Source: Candidatus Margulisiibacteriota bacterium (GTDB lineage Bacteria; Margulisbacteria; Marinamargulisbacteria; SXXA01; SICP01). Taken from it: DNA of 64,000 bases. The notes beneath the pieces are model-generated. The model was not told where the DNA came from. It was given only the letters and a program-made list of their open reading frames with translations, and did no database searches. Where the stretch lies: assembly GCA_009691415.1 (NCBI GenBank), contig SICP01000001.1:40446-104445 (forward strand), written 5' to 3'. The position numbers were made by a program, and so were the translations under genes. Every line of letters begins with the position of its first letter. Position 1 is the first letter of the stretch. Positions 35,697 to 45,135 of this stretch are shown here, piece by piece.

Positions 35697-37367
35697 ATGA
35701 AGAAGACAGCAGAAAAAAGTAGACAACCAAAAAATCAAACTACTCAACAAATTCCAAGGTTTACAATTGCTTCTAAAGAGATGAATGTAAAAGTCATAGA
35801 TACATCGTTTACCTCTTTTCCTTTTCTACCACTAACAAATGTAAAAATTGAATCCATTCCAACGGATATCTATACAACTCCGAAAGAGTTAACCTCTAAA
35901 GTTAAATTCAAAAATCTAAAAAATGAGCTTACTCGCATTCTTTCTTATTACGTACTAACCACAAACGAAGTTGTTTCCTACTTTTCTGAAAAAGATTTTA
36001 TTAAGGAAACTGAACATGAAATTCTAAATTTAATTGAAAGCTTGAAATTATCTCAAACAATAGTTTGTACTATAACTAAAGGGAAAGAATTTATAAGCCT
36101 TGGATTATCTGACAAAAATCGTTTAAAGAAAGATCGAGACCAAAGCCTACTCTGGTATAAAGAAAATACTGAGCTTCATGAATTTTACTCAGAATCTCGC
36201 AAACTTTTTAATAATGTTATAAAAAAATTAAATATTGATAATAGAAATTGCTATAATCTCACAATTGATCCAACCGAATCCCCCCTTTTTATCAATGTTC
36301 AAGGATCAAAGTGCCTCCATTTTTCTTCTAGCGATTATTTAGGTTTATCTAAGGATCCACGAGTTATTCAGGCATCCGTAGAAACTCTTTTAAAATGTGG
36401 CAATGGCACTCTCGGATCTCGAATCATGACAGGATCAACCTCGTTTCATGATCAACTCGAGGAAACTATTTCTAATTTCAAAGGCACTCAAAATACAGTC
36501 GTATTTAATTCTGGATTCATGACCAATCTTTCCTTACTTGGTATGATCAAAAAAGATTGCCTAGTTTTTTTCGATTCTCTTTCTCACGCAAGTATAATTG
36601 ATGGCATCTCCCTGTCTAAAGCGACTGCAGTTCGCTTCAAACATAATGACGCAGTAGATCTAGAAGAAAAACTTGAAAAATACAAAGAACATCCCTTTAA
36701 ATTAATTATAATGGAGGGTATTTACAGCCTAGATGGCGATGTTGGCAGAGTAGATAAAATCATTCCTCTTGCAAAAAAATATGATTGTATTTTGGCTGTT
36801 GATGAAGCCCATTCTTTTGGAGCACTTGGAAAAACTGGTCGCGGAGTTGAAGAATATTTTGCTCTAGAAAAAGACGCTATCGATTTAAAGATGGGCACAC
36901 TATGTAAATCACTTGGTTCTTCGGGTGGATTTATTTCAGGCAAAAAACTTATTATTAACTCGCTAAAATATTCAGCAAGGCCTTACTTTTTCTCTGCAAG
37001 TTTACCGCCCAATATTATGTCTGGAGCGATTGAAGCAATAAAAATACTTAAATCTACGCCAGAGTTAGTCCAAAAATTACAATCTAATGCTACACTTTTA
37101 AGATTTGGCTTACAGGAAATGGGTTTTAATGTTGGAAATAGTGAAAGTCAGATTATTCCTCTTATAATTGGAGACGATAATAAGGTTTATGAATTCAGAC
37201 ATAGGCTCCAAGAAAATAAGATTTTTGCAAATGCGGTTGCGTACCCTGCTGTTTCTCCAAAAAAATCTAGAATTAGACTTTGCGTAACAAGCATTCATAC
37301 AGACTTTCACATAGAAAAGCTCTTGAATATTAGTAAAAAAATTGGAAAGGATTTAAAAATAATTTAA
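35697..37367 (+). CDS. Alpha-oxoamine synthase family PLP enzyme (BioF/KBL/SPT/CqsA/LqsA family) with a roughly 170-aa N-terminal extension of unknown function
   Basis: The C-terminal roughly 385 aa align along their length with 8-amino-7-oxononanoate synthase-type enzymes: FSSSDYLGL, SGFMTNL, SHASIIDG, EGIYSLDGD, VDEAHSFGALG, and the PLP lysine in GTLCKSLG. I recognise no motif in the N-terminal part. Confidence 0.8.
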   Translation: MKKTAEKSRQPKNQTTQQIPRFTIASKEMNVKVIDTSFTSFPFLPLTNVKIESIPTDIYTTPKELTSKVKFKNLKNELTRILSYYVLTTNEVVSYFSEKDFIKETEHEILNLIESLKLSQTIVCTITKGKEFISLGLSDKNRLKKDRDQSLLWYKENTELHEFYSESRKLFNNVIKKLNIDNRNCYNLTIDPTESPLFINVQGSKCLHFSSSDYLGLSKDPRVIQASVETLLKCGNGTLGSRIMTGSTSFHDQLEETISNFKGTQNTVVFNSGFMTNLSLLGMIKKDCLVFFDSLSHASIIDGISLSKATAVRFKHNDAVDLEEKLEKYKEHPFKLIIMEGIYSLDGDVGRVDKIIPLAKKYDCILAVDEAHSFGALGKTGRGVEEYFALEKDAIDLKMGTLCKSLGSSGGFISGKKLIINSLKYSARPYFFSASLPPNIMSGAIEAIKILKSTPELVQKLQSNATLLRFGLQEMGFNVGNSESQIIPLIIGDDNKVYEFRHRLQENKIFANAVAYPAVSPKKSRIRLCVTSIHTDFHIEKLLNISKKIGKDLKII

Positions 37368-37369
37368 TA

Positions 37370-39466
37370 ATGAATGGATTCCTTTTATCATCTATATTTG
37401 CATATATATTAGATTTATTAATTTGTGTTCTGGTTTTATGGCATGGTCATAAAAAAGCGGCTAACGTTATTTTTTCAGGATTTGTGTTCTGTTTATCGTT
37501 TTGGACACTCGGAGATTTTTTCTTTTATTTTCTACCCTCTCAATCTCCTGGGCATTTACTATGGGGTGTAAAAATTGCACATATAGGAGCCTTGTTAACT
37601 CCAGCATTTTACACTCATTTTGTTATTGCGCTTACAGGCTTCACTATCTCTACTTATGCCATTGTCTTCCTATACCTGTTTTCTTTTACTATGGTTTTTA
37701 TAAATATATATACCCCGCTAGTTATTCAGGGTGTCTCACTAAACCAACAAACTCTAGAACTAACCATAAATTCGGGTCCTCTTTATACAGTCTTTCTTAT
37801 ACAGATCGTTATCCTTTTAATATTTTGCTATTACAGACTAATTCGCACATACAAAGACAGTCATGGCTTAGTAAAAGAACAAATGCAGTATTTTTTTGTA
37901 GCAACTATTTTCATTCTTGGTTGTGTCGTTTTTTATTTTCCAGCTATGCTAGGATTATTTGATATACGACTAGACAATCTCTGCGTTGTTACTTATTTCT
38001 CTATTATTGCTTACGCAATAACGAAACACGATCTCATGGATATCAGAGTAATTATCACCAAAACTACAGCCAACGTAATCGCCATTTTAATCGTACTCAC
38101 AACTTCCTTCAGCATTTTCTTCCTTACCGAAAATAAAACAACGCTCTTTATATTGTCCGCAATAACGCTTATTTTCTGGAGCCTAAAATTCCAAGACTTC
38201 CGCCTCTTCCTCCAAACTACGTTAGAAAAAAAATTCCTCGAAAATCGCTACAACTACGCTGTGGTTATCCAACGGTTTGTCGATGGTTTTGGCCAATGCT
38301 CTGAGATTGGTGATGTGGCTCAGGTTTTGAAATCTACTTTTAATGATGAAATGGAAATTGCGGATGTGAGGGTTTACTTTCCGGAGTTTTATGAAATGAC
38401 GTTTCGGACTTCGGGGACTTTTTCGGAACTTATTACTGACGCTGATCAGACAACTCATCCCCCACTTGCCTCTGACACAAACTGGATACAAGCACTTGTC
38501 GAACAGAAAACAGTTTTGATTTCTTCTGAATTTGATGCGCTTACGGATTTTGGCTTGGCCGCAGCTTTGCCGTGTTTTGTAGAGGGAAATCTGGTGTGCT
38601 TGGTATTGCTTGGTAAGAAACTTTCTGAGGATGGGTTTAAGCCTGAGGATGTGTCTTTGTTTTCTACGATTGCATCTCAGATTCCGGCGGTTTTGGATCG
38701 GATTCATCGGTCTAGGGCTTCGGTAGAATTGAATTTGGCGCAACGTATTCAAACCGAAATCTTGCCGAAGACACCAGAGATTCCGGGGTTGGAATTGGCG
38801 TGTTATATGAAGCCTGCGGATGAGGTGGGTGGGGATTATTATGATGTCGTTGTAGCGGGTGAGTATTCATGGGTGTTGTTGGGGGATGTGACGGGGCATG
38901 GATTGGGGTCTGGGCTTGTGATGTTTATGGCGCAGAGTATTTTGACGTCTATTCTGCAGACGAGGGATGCGATTGAACCAGCTAACTTGAACTATTTGGC
39001 GAATCAGATTTTGTATAAGAATTTACAGCGGTTGGATGAACAATTGCCGATGACGTTTGTGAGTTTGCGTTTTCATGAGGGGCGGTCGTTTACGGTGAGT
39101 GGGTGTCATGACAACTTTTTGATTTATCGGGCAACTTCGCAATCGATTGAGATGTTGTCGCTGGATCATTTTGCGTTGGGCATTGGGTTTTCGGATTCGT
39201 TTGTGCGCGAGGATTATACGCAGTCGGCTTATACTTTGGCGGTTGGGGATGTGATTTTTATGGTGACGGATGGGATTACGGAGGCGTTTTTTGGGGGGAA
39301 TGTGACGTTGGAGCAGTATGGGGAGGAACGGTTGAAGGGGTTATTCTTGAAACATGCAGCCGGGAGTGCGGAGGATGTGAAGGTTGCGTTGATTGCGGAG
39401 TTGGATGAGTTTACGGGTGGAATTTATCATGATGACGTTACGTTTATCGTTGCGAAGGCAGTTTAG
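37370..39466 (+). CDS. Membrane sensor PP2C (SpoIIE-type) phosphatase: 7TM sensor module, GAF-like domain, PP2C
   Basis: The N-terminal 7TM region is clearly homologous to that of the kinase 33293..35263 (LWGVKIAHIGALLTPAFYTHF versus LWGLKIANIGIILTLPFYVHF; YAITKHDLMDIRVIITKTTAN versus YAITKHDLMDITILISKTTAN). The C-terminus has AQRIQTEILP...GGDYYD...GDVTGHGLGSGLVM...TDGITEA...HDDVTFIV. It starts 2 nt after the synthase stop. Confidence 0.85.
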   Translation: MNGFLLSSIFAYILDLLICVLVLWHGHKKAANVIFSGFVFCLSFWTLGDFFFYFLPSQSPGHLLWGVKIAHIGALLTPAFYTHFVIALTGFTISTYAIVFLYLFSFTMVFINIYTPLVIQGVSLNQQTLELTINSGPLYTVFLIQIVILLIFCYYRLIRTYKDSHGLVKEQMQYFFVATIFILGCVVFYFPAMLGLFDIRLDNLCVVTYFSIIAYAITKHDLMDIRVIITKTTANVIAILIVLTTSFSIFFLTENKTTLFILSAITLIFWSLKFQDFRLFLQTTLEKKFLENRYNYAVVIQRFVDGFGQCSEIGDVAQVLKSTFNDEMEIADVRVYFPEFYEMTFRTSGTFSELITDADQTTHPPLASDTNWIQALVEQKTVLISSEFDALTDFGLAAALPCFVEGNLVCLVLLGKKLSEDGFKPEDVSLFSTIASQIPAVLDRIHRSRASVELNLAQRIQTEILPKTPEIPGLELACYMKPADEVGGDYYDVVVAGEYSWVLLGDVTGHGLGSGLVMFMAQSILTSILQTRDAIEPANLNYLANQILYKNLQRLDEQLPMTFVSLRFHEGRSFTVSGCHDNFLIYRATSQSIEMLSLDHFALGIGFSDSFVREDYTQSAYTLAVGDVIFMVTDGITEAFFGGNVTLEQYGEERLKGLFLKHAAGSAEDVKVALIAELDEFTGGIYHDDVTFIVAKAV

Positions 39467-39580
39467 GCTTGGTAAACAGTTCAGAAGCTGACTGGGAGGG
39501 GAGTATCTGGAACAAATCCCCACAAAAATGTGTCATACTAATGATGCAGTAAACTATTTTATTAACTTAAGGGAGTCTAT

Positions 39581-40033
39581 ATGAAAAAGAATTTAATTTT
39601 GGCGGGTCTTTTGTTGACCTCTACTTTGATAGCACCTGTGTTGGCACATGACGGAATTGACCATGCTATGACTGGGACAGGAAATAAAGCTGTTGCCCGT
39701 GAAGCGCGCTTGCAAAATCACATGCCCCGTCTCCAAGAATCACTTGGCTTTTCAGAGGATCAGATGGAAGCAGCTAAGAGAATACAAGTAGAAACACGCA
39801 TCCAACTTCTTGAACTTAATGTCTCGACAGATAATTCTAAAGAAGCGAATCAAAAAAAGAAGGAAGGAATGAGGGCTATTTTGAAAACGTCGCACGATAA
39901 AATGGATGCGATTCTTACCCCAGAACAGCGCGAAAAACAGAAGGCAATGATCGCCCTGCAAGCAGCGAAATTGCGCGCGTCTAAAAAGGCAGTCGATACC
40001 CCCTCTCCAGAACCAGCAAAATCTAACAACTAA
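39581..40033 (+). CDS. Periplasmic Spy/CpxP-like (LTxxQ motif) protein
   Basis: Signal peptide, helical lysine/glutamate-rich sequence and an LTPEQREKQ motif. Confidence 0.5.
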   Translation: MKKNLILAGLLLTSTLIAPVLAHDGIDHAMTGTGNKAVAREARLQNHMPRLQESLGFSEDQMEAAKRIQVETRIQLLELNVSTDNSKEANQKKKEGMRAILKTSHDKMDAILTPEQREKQKAMIALQAAKLRASKKAVDTPSPEPAKSNN

Positions 40034-41388
40034 TAAAATTTGGCTCGGACAATGTAGCGATAGCGCAAGCTAAGACACAGGGTAATTGCAATGATGCCCG
40101 ATGCAATGCCGAGCCAAAATCCAAATGCCCCCATGTGATAGTAAATAGCGAGCACATACCCTACGATAAACCCTACTCCCCAATAGGATACTCCCGTCAT
40201 AATCATGGGGACAAATGTATCTTTGAAACCTTTTAGGATACCCTGGAGTGTCACTTGTATGCCGTCGATAATTTGAAATGCGGCGGCGATATATAAAAGC
40301 TGTGTGGCTGTTTTTTGTATGTCTGGATTATGGGTGTAAAGCGTTACAATTTTTTGCGCGCAAAGAAAAATAGTCGTGGTAGAAATCGTCATGAATGCGA
40401 TCGAAAGACCTAGGCCGATATAGGTTGCGCGACGTATGGATAATGTGGATGATTTTGCACCAATTAAATATCCGATGCGAGATGCAACACTAGACGAAAT
40501 ACCGAGTGGCACCATAAAAGTGAGAGAGATGATATTGAGGGCAATTTGATGCGCCGTGACTTCTTTCCAACTTACTGTAGAAAGGACTAGACCTACGCTG
40601 CAAATCATTCCGGCTTCTGCAGCTAGGGCTGCGGCACTTGGAAGACCTAATCGAAGAAGACTTGCAAATTGGGATCTTTGCCAAGAATGCCATTTTGAAA
40701 AAACACGATAGTGTTTGTATGCACTTCTCTGAGCCATCACTAGCACTAGAAAAAACATAATATATTCAATGGTGACAGTAGCCCACGCGATACCGATGAG
40801 ACCTAGTTTGGGACATCCCAACCACCCGTTCATCAGGATAAGATTGAGAGGGATATTCAAAAGAAATCCTATTCCAGCAGAGAGTACCAATGGCCGTGTG
40901 TTGCCGACGCCTTCAAAAAAATAGCGCAAGACCACAAACATTAAAATGGGAAAAATATCGTACATACGAATCTTTAAATAGTGGCTTGTTAGGGAAACGA
41001 CCGATGGGTCTACACCGAATTTTGTGAGGATCGTTTGGGAATAGTACAGAATAAGCATTAATAGCATGGTGACGACGATGCCTATCCAGGCCATATGCTG
41101 AACCACTTTCCCTACGCGCTCCGGCTCCTCTGCACCACGATGTCTGGCAACGATGGGCGTGAGTACCATTTTGAGCCCGAACACGGTCCAGAGCATGGGG
41201 AGCAAGAAGGCATTACCGATGGAGACAGCGGCGAGTTCTTGCGTACCAAGGCGGCCGGCCATGAGGCAGTCGGTGACTTCAATTAAAATGAAAAAAATTT
41301 GCGTGAAAATCACGGGCCATGCGAGGCCTAATTGGAGACGAATTTCCGTAGCGATTTTTTTATAAATAAAGCGTAGCTCCTTTTTCAT
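40030..41388 (-). CDS. MATE-family efflux transporter
   Basis: 452 aa with 12 TM helices. The N-terminal ...LGLAWPVIFTQIFFILIEVTDCLMAGRLG pattern is typical of NorM/MATE. Confidence 0.85.
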   Translation of the reverse strand: MKKELRFIYKKIATEIRLQLGLAWPVIFTQIFFILIEVTDCLMAGRLGTQELAAVSIGNAFLLPMLWTVFGLKMVLTPIVARHRGAEEPERVGKVVQHMAWIGIVVTMLLMLILYYSQTILTKFGVDPSVVSLTSHYLKIRMYDIFPILMFVVLRYFFEGVGNTRPLVLSAGIGFLLNIPLNLILMNGWLGCPKLGLIGIAWATVTIEYIMFFLVLVMAQRSAYKHYRVFSKWHSWQRSQFASLLRLGLPSAAALAAEAGMICSVGLVLSTVSWKEVTAHQIALNIISLTFMVPLGISSSVASRIGYLIGAKSSTLSIRRATYIGLGLSIAFMTISTTTIFLCAQKIVTLYTHNPDIQKTATQLLYIAAAFQIIDGIQVTLQGILKGFKDTFVPMIMTGVSYWGVGFIVGYVLAIYYHMGAFGFWLGIASGIIAITLCLSLRYRYIVRAKFY

Positions 41389-42112
41389 TTGCGGCAGAGT
41401 GTAGTTGTTGTTTTAATTGTAAGCTGAGCGGAACCGAGAGATTTCTGAGATCTATTTTTTTGAGAGCCGGGGCCGTTTTAATAAGATCTAGAATGGCGCG
41501 TGCACCTTTTTCTCCGAAGGGATTTCCCTGTACAAAGAGAGACTCTAACGTGGGATGCTTTGCTAAAGATTTTGCGATGGCATCAATCCCGTCATCTCCG
41601 ATTTGATTATCTGAAAGCACCAAATGCTTGAGACCTTTGTTTGATAAAAGACCTTGTGCCAAAGTTTGCGCGCCTGTATTTCCGATGTAATTTCCATTTA
41701 AAATGAGCCAGCCGACTTCGTGATTCACACGCAATAAATCTGCAAGACCTGCCATGGCGAAATCTGAGAGTTGGTTTTGAGATAAGATTAAATGCTTCAC
41801 ACTTTGATCTGAAGCGAGGCGTTTTGCAAGTGCCTGCAGCCCAGCAGGACCCAATTGGTTACCAGATAAAAACAAGGCTTGATATTCGTGATTTTCGGGC
41901 AAGGTTTGCGCAAAATGAATGAGGCCAGAATCACCTAAGCCTGTATTACTTAAAAAAAGACTTTTAATGCCATTGGGGGTTTGGGGATAATGCTCTTCTC
42001 TGGCCTCGGACTGTGGCTGCAAAAAAGGGTCGAACTCTGGGATATCGTTTTCTTTTGAAGGCGATAGCGTTGTCGCGAGAGAGAGATTATTTTTTGAGAC
42101 GATGGGATCCAT
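41360..42112 (-). CDS. Ribonuclease-inhibitor-type (RI/NLR-like, 28-aa) leucine-rich-repeat protein
   Basis: It has six or so 28-residue repeats of the form L.LS.N.LGD.G...LA..L..N..LK.L. They follow a roughly 50-aa low-complexity N-terminus. It overlaps the MATE gene start by 29 nt. Confidence 0.7.
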   Translation of the reverse strand: MDPIVSKNNLSLATTLSPSKENDIPEFDPFLQPQSEAREEHYPQTPNGIKSLFLSNTGLGDSGLIHFAQTLPENHEYQALFLSGNQLGPAGLQALAKRLASDQSVKHLILSQNQLSDFAMAGLADLLRVNHEVGWLILNGNYIGNTGAQTLAQGLLSNKGLKHLVLSDNQIGDDGIDAIAKSLAKHPTLESLFVQGNPFGEKGARAILDLIKTAPALKKIDLRNLSVPLSLQLKQQLHSAANEKGATLYL

Positions 42113-42157
42113 GGTGTTAGTGTATCAAAAGTTGGGTGGCTTTGTTACAATTTGCAG

Positions 42158-43888
42158 ATGATTTCTCCAGAAACCGTTGAGGCCGTCAAACAATATCCTG
42201 ATATTGTTGCCATTATTTCGGATTATGTCTCACTAAAGAGACGGGGCAGAAATTTTATTGGTTTGTGTCCTTTCCATTCTGAGAAAACACCGTCTTTTAC
42301 AGTGAGTCCTGAGAAAAAATTATTTCATTGTTTTGGATGCCAAGTTTCGGGTGATCATATTGGATTTGTAATGCAAATCGATAACGTGTCATTTGCAGAA
42401 GCGATACGACATATTGCAGGTCGCATGGGCATTACGATTATTGAAAAAGAACTGACATCCGAACAAGCCAAACAACGGTCCGAACGCGAAGAATTGCAGC
42501 GCTTATTTTACGCCGTTCGCGAAGCCTTTTCGTCTTTTCTAGAAGAGTCTACGGATGTGCGTGATTACTTATCGTCTCGAGGTATTACGTGGGAATGCGC
42601 ATCACGATTTTATTTGGGGTACTCCCCTGCCGATTTTGATTTGGCAGAATTTCTTTTGGCGTATGGATTTCCGGAAACACTTTTTGCAAATTCGGGTCTT
42701 TTTTATCAAGATGGCCAGGGGCGTTTTCATTCTCGATTTAAGAAGCGTCTTATTTTTCCGGTACTCGATCAGCAAGGACGAACTGTTGGATTTGGGGGGC
42801 GCATTTTAACAGACGCGACGGATACCGCAAAATACATGAACTCTGAAGAGACACCGTATTTTAGTAAGCGTCGTATTTTATTTGGATTAGATCAGGCCAA
42901 AGCTGCGATCCGCGAGAAAGATTCGGTGTTACTGATGGAAGGCTATTTGGATGTCATGATGTCGCATCAACATGGATTTCAACATGCGGTTGGGACGATG
43001 GGAACAGCGTTGACTCTGGAGCATATCCAACTTTTAAAAAGGTATGTCCATTCTGTTTTTTTGGCCATGGATCAAGATGAAGCGGGCATTCGTGCAATGG
43101 AGCGAAGTGTCGAATTATTGCGACAACATGATATGAAAGTTTGGGTCGTCAAATTAGATAAAAAAGATCCCGCTGATGTTTTGCAAAATTTTGGTGCAGA
43201 GCATTTTCAAAAATTAATTGATCAGGCACAGCCCATGTGGGTTTTTAAATTGGATCTTTTAGCAAAGGGCCGCAAGCAAATTCCTATTGAAGAAGTCCCT
43301 GAAATGTTAGTTGCTTTGTTGCCAATTATTCAAATGGAAAAAGATGCAGTGGTACGTCGAAATTACATTAAAAATTTAGCGGATCGTTTGGGCATTGATG
43401 AAGAATTAATTATGGTGAAATTGAAAAAAAGTAGCTATAATGTGAGAGACCGTTTGGTACTTTCTTCGATGAATAAAAAGCATCGTTATCAAAAAGCAGA
43501 AGAAAGCTTGATTTATCTAATGGCATCAGATTTAACCATTAGATATCAGTTTTTAGAAATGGGTTCTCACAGTTTATTTGTAACACCCATTTTAAGCACT
43601 TTGGTAAAGATCATTTTAAATTCTGAAGAAAGCGATCAAAAATTGATTGACTCTTTTGGGGAAGAGATTCACCGACAAGAGTTATCACGAATATTAATCG
43701 AAGGGGAAGTCCAGGGGGTATCGATTACGGATCAATGGCAAGATTATATTCAAACATTGAAATCATATGATCGTGAACAACAAGTAACTGCATTACAAGA
43801 ACGCATTGAACAGTTAGAATCTTCGGGCCATGAAGAAGAAGCCACAAAGCTTCTTCAAGACTTACAAAGTTTAATTCAGCATACATAA
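42158..43888 (+). CDS. dnaG: DNA primase
   Basis: Zinc-ribbon [25 protein letters not shown] and a TOPRIM domain (LMEGYLDV...DQDEAG). Confidence 0.9.
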   Translation: MISPETVEAVKQYPDIVAIISDYVSLKRRGRNFIGLCPFHSEKTPSFTVSPEKKLFHCFGCQVSGDHIGFVMQIDNVSFAEAIRHIAGRMGITIIEKELTSEQAKQRSEREELQRLFYAVREAFSSFLEESTDVRDYLSSRGITWECASRFYLGYSPADFDLAEFLLAYGFPETLFANSGLFYQDGQGRFHSRFKKRLIFPVLDQQGRTVGFGGRILTDATDTAKYMNSEETPYFSKRRILFGLDQAKAAIREKDSVLLMEGYLDVMMSHQHGFQHAVGTMGTALTLEHIQLLKRYVHSVFLAMDQDEAGIRAMERSVELLRQHDMKVWVVKLDKKDPADVLQNFGAEHFQKLIDQAQPMWVFKLDLLAKGRKQIPIEEVPEMLVALLPIIQMEKDAVVRRNYIKNLADRLGIDEELIMVKLKKSSYNVRDRLVLSSMNKKHRYQKAEESLIYLMASDLTIRYQFLEMGSHSLFVTPILSTLVKIILNSEESDQKLIDSFGEEIHRQELSRILIEGEVQGVSITDQWQDYIQTLKSYDREQQVTALQERIEQLESSGHEEEATKLLQDLQSLIQHT

Positions 43889-43905
43889 AAAAAAGGGGTT
43901 TTTTG

Positions 43906-44883
43906 ATGGTGACTATTCATGATGAGGATAAGCTCGAGGAGGCGCTGGTCGTTGAAGACGAACCTATAGATGTCGATAACGAGACTAAACTTGAGGATGT
44001 GTCCGAGGGACTCAAGAAACTTGCAGACGTAGATACCTATTTGGGTGAACGCGAAGAGATTGGCGCAGATGATGCTGTCAAAATGTATTTAAAAGAAATT
44101 GGCAAAGTAAATCTCCTCAGTAAAGAAGAAGAATTTTCACTTTCCGAACAAATGATTTCTGGCAGTGCAGACGCCAAGAATCAACTTGCCATGGCCAATT
44201 TACGCCTAGTTGTAAGCATTGCAAAAAAATATACGGGAAGAGGCATTCTATTTTTAGATTTAATTCAAGAAGGCAATATTGGATTAATGCGCGCAGTTGA
44301 AAAATTTGACTACCGCAAAGGGTATCGCTTTAGCACGTACGCAACCTGGTGGATTCGTCAGGCCATTACGCGTGCGATTGCGGATCAGGCCAGAACCATT
44401 CGTATCCCCGTTCATATGGTGGAAACGATTAATAAAATCCGCAAAATTACTCGACAACTAATGCAAGAACTCCTTCGCAAACCAACTGATCTGGAAATTG
44501 CTACCAAGACAGGCATTTCCGTAGATCGGGTTAAAGAAATCATCAAAATGTCCCAAGTTCCTCTCTCACTAGAAATGCCAATCGGAAACGAATATGGACA
44601 CCTTGGTGATTTTGTTGAAGACGAAAGTCAGCCACTTCCCGAAGAAGGTCTCTTTAGAAACGCACTAAGAAAAGAATTAGAGGCTGTACTCTCCGAACTT
44701 ACAGAACGAGAAGCAGGTGTCATTCGACTTCGATTTGGATTGGAAGATGGTATTCCCAAAACATTAGAAGAAGTAGGAACCATCTTCTCTGTAACACGAG
44801 AACGTATTCGTCAAATCGAAGCAAAAGCTCTGGAAAAATTACGAAATCCTCTCCGTAGTCAAAAACTAGAAGAGTATTTATAA
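43906..44883 (+). CDS. rpoD: Primary-type RNA polymerase sigma factor (short, lacking most of region 1.1)
   Basis: The region 2 motifs are [36 protein letters not shown]. Region 4 reads [24 protein letters not shown]. It follows dnaG, as in the classical operon. Confidence 0.9.
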   Translation: MVTIHDEDKLEEALVVEDEPIDVDNETKLEDVSEGLKKLADVDTYLGEREEIGADDAVKMYLKEIGKVNLLSKEEEFSLSEQMISGSADAKNQLAMANLRLVVSIAKKYTGRGILFLDLIQEGNIGLMRAVEKFDYRKGYRFSTYATWWIRQAITRAIADQARTIRIPVHMVETINKIRKITRQLMQELLRKPTDLEIATKTGISVDRVKEIIKMSQVPLSLEMPIGNEYGHLGDFVEDESQPLPEEGLFRNALRKELEAVLSELTEREAGVIRLRFGLEDGIPKTLEEVGTIFSVTRERIRQIEAKALEKLRNPLRSQKLEEYL

Positions 44884-44906
44884 TAGACTTGTTCTTCCCC
44901 AATAAG

Positions 44907-44982
44907 GGGCCCATAGCTCAGTGGTTAGAGCAGTCGGCTCATAACCGATTGGTCCTTGGTTCAAACCCAAGTGGGCCCACCA
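44907..44982 (+). tRNA. tRNA with CAT anticodon (Met elongator, or Ile2 if lysidine-modified)
   Basis: GGGCCCATAGCTCAGTGGTTAGAGCAGTCGGCTCATAACCGATTGGTCCTTGGTTCAAACCCAAGTGGGCCCACCA. It forms a cloverleaf with an encoded CCA. Met versus Ile2 identity cannot be decided by eye. Confidence 0.85.
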
Positions 44983-45135
44983 GCCAAGTAGACGCGAGCA
45001 TGAAGGGTGCTTGAGCGCCGAAGATTTATCGAAGGAGCTTCCGACTTAGTGCTTCGCGAAGCGAATGACGGCGGCGGACCTCGCATACCAACTACACGTT
45101 CTTATGTTTTATTTATTATTGGGCCTTTTAAATTG

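Noticed and set aside
36099-36113. LGLSD in the synthase N-terminal extension as a possible acyl-carrier-protein phosphopantetheine site. An Sfp-type PPTase is encoded at 22403.
   Set aside because: The ACP signature is D-S-L (Ser preceded by Asp, as in LG.DSL). Here the order is L-S-D and the surrounding helices do not resemble ACP. The PPTase gene is 13 kb away in an unrelated context.
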